A stretch of 64,000 nt of DNA from assembly GCA_036509585.1 (NCBI GenBank), contig DATCFI010000133.1, positions 15,150 to 79,149 on the forward strand, given 5' to 3'. Under the pieces are notes generated by a model, which was not told the origin of the DNA, made no database searches, and saw nothing but the letters and a program-made list of their open reading frames with translations. Source of the stretch: Hanamia sp. Its GTDB lineage: Bacteria > Bacteroidota > Bacteroidia > Chitinophagales > Chitinophagaceae. Shown piece by piece: positions 58,921 to 64,000 of the stretch. A program made the position numbers and the translations under genes. Within the stretch, counting starts at the first letter, position 1. Each line of letters begins with the position of its first letter.

Positions 58921-59841
58921 TTATTTCACGCTCATAAAAAAATCAAATATTTTTTGTGAAGCGCTGAAGTCTTTGCACAATCTTCCTATCAAAAATTTTG
59001 GCAGGTATTGTGTGCCGCCGGCCCACGTGTGGCCGCCATTCTCTATTTTTATAAAATCAACCTTCACATTGTCGCCATCATAAATATATTCCGTTTCAGT
59101 GCATCCATCATAAGGATCTGTGTTGGGTAGGGAAAGCGTTTGCGGCACTGCATTGCAATGATCTAGCGAAACAATTTTTTTCACCAGGTCTCCTGTGGGC
59201 AACATATCGGCATCTTCATTTCCCTTGTTGCGTTTGTTTAATGTTCCATAGCCTCCATCATACTTTACCAATGGATCGCCTGTGCCATTAATTATTAAAA
59301 CAGGCAGTGGGGTTTTCAGAAAATATGTCTGTGCCTGGGTGTTAGAAATACCACCGCAAACTGCCGCAATCGCTGTAATTCTTGAATTCATGGCATCTGC
59401 GAGATAATAAGAAAACATGGCGCCGCGTGAAATACCCGTGCAAAAAACCTTTGTGGGGTCAGCTTTATAATTCGCAATCATGGTGTCGAGCAACGTATTC
59501 ATAAAGTGAAGATCATTCACGGTTGTGTCGAGCCCCTTTACGCGACTTGCCATTCCAGGAATGCTCCATGCCTTCTTCACCGCATCAGGGTAAACTATGA
59601 TGAAATTATTTTTATCGGCAAGAGATTCTAAATCATAAAAACGAACCGCACTTTCTGCAGTACCACCGCCACCATGCAAGGCAAATATGAGTGGTAGTTG
59701 CTTTAAAGCATTAAACGAAGGAGGAAGATGGATGATGTAGTCCCGCTGAAGGCCATCAACAGTAATTGTCCTGCTGGTGTTTTGAGTCTGCGCAGAAATA
59801 AAAATTAAATAGTAAAAAATAAAAATGAATATCTTTTTCAT
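58921..59841 (-). CDS. PHB depolymerase/LpqC-like esterase, secreted
   Basis: LHGGGG, IVYPDA, GISRG nucleophile elbow, GGHTWAG. Confidence 0.88.
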   Translation of the reverse strand: MKKIFIFIFYYLIFISAQTQNTSRTITVDGLQRDYIIHLPPSFNALKQLPLIFALHGGGGTAESAVRFYDLESLADKNNFIIVYPDAVKKAWSIPGMASRVKGLDTTVNDLHFMNTLLDTMIANYKADPTKVFCTGISRGAMFSYYLADAMNSRITAIAAVCGGISNTQAQTYFLKTPLPVLIINGTGDPLVKYDGGYGTLNKRNKGNEDADMLPTGDLVKKIVSLDHCNAVPQTLSLPNTDPYDGCTETEYIYDGDNVKVDFIKIENGGHTWAGGTQYLPKFLIGRLCKDFSASQKIFDFFMSVK

Positions 59842-60138
59842 TGTAAACAGAAAGCAAACTTATACATGTTTTTTAAAATAAAACTTATACAGTGAAAGCG
59901 TGATAAAATTATTTATCACAAGAGGAGGCCTTTTCAAAAAAATTAAAGCCTTTTGTTAGACGTAAAGCGAAGGATAAATGTGGCTGCGCCATCAACGAAA
60001 CGAATTGAACGAATCAACCTTTAAATTTGAATAGAAAATACAGGATTGGGAAAAAGGTTTTATTCTAACTTCGCCTTCAATTCAGAAAGAAAATATTTTA
60101 GCTCATAGATGGGCATAAAGAGATCTTTAATAAACAAT

Positions 60139-60699
60139 ATGAAACTATTTATGCTATTGCTGGGCTGTAAGCCCCGGGGAAGAAATACAGAACAGCATGA
60201 TATATTTTTTGGAATAGCAAACAGCCTCAAAGAACTGATTCCCGACATTATAGAAGCGTGGCCGGAAGCAAATAAAAAGATCCATATAGATGCATGGAGA
60301 GAGGTGAGTTTTGTGGATGGTTATGCAGTGAAAGTTTATGAAAGGAACCAAACAATTACTCATTTGACTGAACAAAAAGCGAAGTTATTCTTCATCAATC
60401 TTGGTGGCTACAAGGAAAATGAATTTGAAGAATTCCATTATAAAATGCTCGCGATCTGCGAAAATAAATCAATTGCTATTCAGCGTGCAAAAGAATCGGC
60501 ATTTTACAAACACACCGGCTTCAAAGGCGCCAATTCTCATATTGATGATAAGTATGGAGTTGATGTGGATGATATTTTTGAAATTGAAGATATCCTGGCA
60601 CCTTTATTAAAAGAAAAATATGGGTTGCTTCTTTCTCCTTCTGCCAATGTTGTTGAAGACAGTTTAAATATGGGTTATTTCAAACTTGAAAAATTATAG
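60139..60699 (+). CDS. DUF1543 domain protein
   Basis: MKLFMLLLGCKPRGRNTEQHDIFFGI...IHIDAW; second repeat FFINLGGY...EEFH...HIDDKYGVDVDD. Confidence 0.8.
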   Translation: MKLFMLLLGCKPRGRNTEQHDIFFGIANSLKELIPDIIEAWPEANKKIHIDAWREVSFVDGYAVKVYERNQTITHLTEQKAKLFFINLGGYKENEFEEFHYKMLAICENKSIAIQRAKESAFYKHTGFKGANSHIDDKYGVDVDDIFEIEDILAPLLKEKYGLLLSPSANVVEDSLNMGYFKLEKL

Positions 60700-60918
60700 A
60701 TTGTTGAAACTCTTTCGCGTAGCTGGTTTCCTCATCAACGACGAATTCTTACATTGTTGGTTTTTCAAAAAAGGTTTCGTCTATTGTTAGGTGTTTTATA
60801 AAATAGTTAAGAATGAATAGGATTTTTTAATCCACTACAAATAATAAAAAGAGGTAACAGAGATGCGAAAAAAAATATTCAAACATGAAACAACAGTTGT
60901 CAATCAAACAATAACAGG

Positions 60919-62040
60919 ATGAAGCAAGTTACAAGGGTTATAGCACTCGAAGAAGCTTTTCTGCATCCGAAACTAAGAGCATTATATTCTCCGGAATATA
61001 CACGGTTACTCGATATGATTAAAGATAATCTCTCTGATCTCGGACCTGGTAGAATTAAGCGAATGGATGCAGCCGGAATAGACATGCAAGTGCTTTCGCA
61101 CGTTCAGCCAGGTGTTCAAACTCTTGATCGTGATACCGCCATCCGGTTATCAAAAGAGGTTAATGATTGGTTAGGCGAAATTATCAAAACATATCCCACG
61201 CGTTTTGCCGGCTTTGCAATGCTTCCAACGCAATCGCCAAAAGATGCTGCTGATGAACTTGAACGCGCAGTAACACAATTGGGTTTCAAAGGAGCACTTA
61301 TCAATGGTCATACTCAGGGACTTTATCTCGATGATACTTCTTTTTCAGTGCTTCTCGAACGGGCGCAAACGTTGGATGTTCCTATATATATTCATCCTAC
61401 CGATCCGCCACAGGCAGTCGTTGACATTTATTATAAAGACTATCCTGCTATGATGCAAAGCTGGGGCTGGCAGGTGGAGACAGGAACGCATCTTCTAAGG
61501 TTGATGTCCGGCGGTGTTTTCGACCGGTATCCCCGTTTGAAAATAATTGTGGGGCACATGGGCGAATTAATTCCTTATAATTTGCAGCGCATCAATAAAG
61601 CCCTCACCCTCGGCAACTGGCTTCTTGCAAGCGAGTCGAAGAACCAGGAATCAAAACAGAAGACTGAAATGCAAAAGAGTGTTTATTATTATATGCGTCA
61701 AAATGTGTTCATTACCACAAGTGGTGTAACTGATCATGCTGCTTTCGATTGTGCATTAAAAGAATTAGGTATTGATAACATTTTGTTTTCAGTAGATGAT
61801 CCTTTTGGTGATAATTTTGAAGCAATGGAATTTTTAAATACTCTTCAGCTATCGAAAGAAGACAAAGAGAAATTATCGCATGGAAATGCGGAGCGCCTTC
61901 TCAAACTTACAAATGAAAATAATCATTCGAGGAATTCCAATCAGTCGTTTTTGACACAATTCCAATCTTCTGTTTTTTCTTTTAACGCAAAAGTGAAATC
62001 GAAAATGGGGCGGGCACTTTTGTCATTTTTGGTAAAATAA
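60919..62040 (+). CDS. Amidohydrolase family protein (ACMSD/aromatic acid decarboxylase-like)
   Basis: IALEEAF, IYIHP, IIVGHMGELIP and ILFSVDDP motifs. Confidence 0.88.
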   Translation: MKQVTRVIALEEAFLHPKLRALYSPEYTRLLDMIKDNLSDLGPGRIKRMDAAGIDMQVLSHVQPGVQTLDRDTAIRLSKEVNDWLGEIIKTYPTRFAGFAMLPTQSPKDAADELERAVTQLGFKGALINGHTQGLYLDDTSFSVLLERAQTLDVPIYIHPTDPPQAVVDIYYKDYPAMMQSWGWQVETGTHLLRLMSGGVFDRYPRLKIIVGHMGELIPYNLQRINKALTLGNWLLASESKNQESKQKTEMQKSVYYYMRQNVFITTSGVTDHAAFDCALKELGIDNILFSVDDPFGDNFEAMEFLNTLQLSKEDKEKLSHGNAERLLKLTNENNHSRNSNQSFLTQFQSSVFSFNAKVKSKMGRALLSFLVK

Positions 62041-62096
62041 ATATTTGACGAATACTGTCACGACTATTTTTGGCGTCCTCTAACATTTCTTTCACT

Positions 62097-62187
62097 ATTT
62101 TCGTTTATGCTTTACAGTTATTGATGAATAAATACAATTTATAAAACACCAATACCGCTTAAAAGTTGCTTTACTGAAAAACACGGC
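62097..62187 (+). repeat. Degenerate core repeat copy
   Basis: attttCGTTTA tgctttaca GTTATtg...ataaaacacc...ccgctt...gctttactgaaa. Confidence 0.75.
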
Positions 62188-62576
62188 CCTTTTTTTTTAC
62201 GCGGATCCTCAGAATATTTTTCTAAAACAGTTAGCATGATTAACGCTCAATTGATTTTTTTCTTTCCGTAGGGTTATGATTTAAGAATTGCAAAAGCACT
62301 TGCAAAACAGAGAGATTTTGTCATGGTTTTATCAGCAAATACTCTGATTAGGACACGGTGAATCCGTTCATCATATTTTTAAAGTTAAATTAAAAAAAAA
62401 TCTACGGGCTTGAATTAAAAATCGCATTGATAATCTAATTTTGAATTGAAATGAGTTTTGAATTCCACTCGAAGCACCTCCTTTAAAGTTTTTGCAGTTT
62501 CTGCTATTTGTAAAGGAAGTGCTTTTAAATTATATTTTTACAAAAATCCGGGACCTTAACATTAAAAAGCAGGAGA

Positions 62577-63962
62577 ATGATTCGAAAAGAGAATAATTTA
62601 TTTAATAGGATATGGTTAGTGCGACCCTTGATTTTTTCAGTAATTTTTCTTCTTATTTTTTCAAATTGTTTTGCACAGCAAACTGCCGCGCAGGAAGATT
62701 CCGCGCAATACTTAACACTGAAACAATGTATTCAATATGCTTTAATCCACGAGCCGGAATTAAACAAATCACTCATTAACATTGACATTACAAAAACTAC
62801 TAACGATATTAGTTTGGCAGGATGGTTTCCGCAGGTAGCCCTGAGCGGAAATTTCACACATTATTTAGAACAGCCTACCACCTTTATAAATAATATTACG
62901 GACCCTTCAGCACCTCCTACCAAACAAAAGCAGGGTGTAATTAATAATTTCACTCCTGAAGTTTATGTGTCACAGGCAATATTTAATCCTGCCCTTTTAT
63001 ACGCGAATAAAAGCGCTCCTCTTTATGTAAAACAGGCGCAGCAAATTACTGACAGTACTAAAATAAATGTGGTGGCTTCAGTTACAAAGTCATTTTACAA
63101 CTTGCTGCTAACGCTGGAACAAATTAATGTGTTGAAAGAAGATACAGTGACTTTGGGACAAACAATAACTGATACCTACCACCAATATGTCGGTGGCATT
63201 GTGGACGAAACAGATAATGACCAGGCTATAATCGCCATGAACAATACCAAAGCGCAATTGAAGCAGGCTAATGAAAATGTGGTTTCGCAATATGCATCGT
63301 TGAAGCAGTTGATGGGATTGCCGCCGGCGCAACAATTCAATGTAAGCTTTGATACCCTTGAAATGATGAACGACATTTACTTTGATACTACGCAGGAACT
63401 GCAATATAATAAACGTATTGAATTGCAATTGCTGCAGACCAATCGTGATCTGCAACATCAGCAAACTCTTTATTATCAAAATTCGTTTCTACCCACTGTC
63501 TCAGTTTTTTACGAACAAAACCTTGTGTTTGAAAATAATACTTTTGCCAATCTGTTTTCGGGCCTCTATCCTAATTCCCTCTTTGGTATAACGCTGGATA
63601 TGCCCATATTTACAGGGTTTGCGCGCATTAAAAGTGTCCACAGATCACAACTGCAGGAGCATCTGATAGACTGGAATGAAACAGAAGAAAAATCGCAGAT
63701 ATATACTGAATATGCGTCTGCGCTGTCCAGCTACAAAGGCAATTTATACAATCTGAAAATATTACAGGATAATGTAACCCTGGCAAACAAAGTTTATTTT
63801 ATTGTAAACCTTCAATACAAGCAGGGGCTCATTGCCTATCTTAATCTCGTGACAGCAGAAAGCAATTTATTAACAGCACAAATAAACTATACTAACGCTT
63901 TGTTCCAGGTATTATCGAGCAAAGTGGACCTTCAAAAGGCTATGGGTATTATATCCTATTGA
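62577..63962 (+). CDS. TolC family outer-membrane efflux protein
   Basis: LTLKQCIQYAL...; YKQGLIAYLNLVTAESNLLTAQINY...DLQKAMG; the next ORF starts at 63984 and runs off the window. Confidence 0.9.
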   Translation: MIRKENNLFNRIWLVRPLIFSVIFLLIFSNCFAQQTAAQEDSAQYLTLKQCIQYALIHEPELNKSLINIDITKTTNDISLAGWFPQVALSGNFTHYLEQPTTFINNITDPSAPPTKQKQGVINNFTPEVYVSQAIFNPALLYANKSAPLYVKQAQQITDSTKINVVASVTKSFYNLLLTLEQINVLKEDTVTLGQTITDTYHQYVGGIVDETDNDQAIIAMNNTKAQLKQANENVVSQYASLKQLMGLPPAQQFNVSFDTLEMMNDIYFDTTQELQYNKRIELQLLQTNRDLQHQQTLYYQNSFLPTVSVFYEQNLVFENNTFANLFSGLYPNSLFGITLDMPIFTGFARIKSVHRSQLQEHLIDWNETEEKSQIYTEYASALSSYKGNLYNLKILQDNVTLANKVYFIVNLQYKQGLIAYLNLVTAESNLLTAQINYTNALFQVLSSKVDLQKAMGIISY

Positions 63963-64000
63963 TGGTTAATTAAAACAACATTTATGAACAGATATTATGC

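Noticed and set aside
3976-62187. Canonical chromosomal dif site or classical integron attC array
   Set aside because: The spacer is 9 nt rather than 6, there are many copies, RYYYAAC...GTTRRRY boxes are not consistently paired, and no intI is present. Kept only as an analogy.
56-63591. Numerous short antisense or out-of-frame ORFs nested in long genes (e.g. 34372-35124, 13153-13647, 57256-57699)
   Set aside because: Shadow ORFs of well-supported CDSs on the other strand or frame.
1-64000. tRNA, rRNA, prophage or intact transposase/integrase genes
   Set aside because: No cloverleaf, rRNA-like tract, phage structural gene or complete recombinase ORF was recognised by eye.

Overview
This is a 64 kb AT-rich chromosomal window from a Bacteroidota bacterium, probably Chitinophagaceae-like. 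That placement is inferred from a T9SS C-terminal domain, TAnnTTTG promoter elements, A-rich start contexts and gene content. It opens with the hut operon (hutH, hutU), which is interrupted by a RelE/ParE-type toxin-antitoxin pair. The rest is a patchwork of unrelated accessory genes: GH31, GH97, S9 and M1 peptidases, an AraC/oxidoreductase module, two class III cyclases, hydrolases and a TolC protein. I found no rRNA, tRNA, CRISPR array, or intact integrase or transposase. Two things stand out. (1) The intergenic DNA carries at least 13 copies (plus one variant) of a bipartite site with fixed spacing, CGTTTA-N9-GTTAT. It sits inside longer direct repeats (one pair identical over 69 bp) and is mixed with several REP-like hairpin families, two REPIN-like remnants holding the 3' end of a RAYT transposase, and broken gene fragments. 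Together these cut the region into cassette-like modules and suggest an undescribed gene-capture or shuffling system. (2) One module (23.3-31.8 kb) is a 7-gene, same-strand cluster whose soluble proteins lack signal peptides: a stand-alone LytTR regulator, a kelch propeller, an S1 serine protease, two Cys-rich hypothetical proteins (one with features of a beta-pore-forming protein), a DUF1360-like membrane protein and a CxCG microprotein. Its promoter region is duplicated. A third notable locus is an acetoacetate-decarboxylase-like gene, an FAD oxidoreductase and a pseudokinase-STAND-GAF-adenylate cyclase in one operon. All family assignments come from motif recognition by eye; no searches were run.
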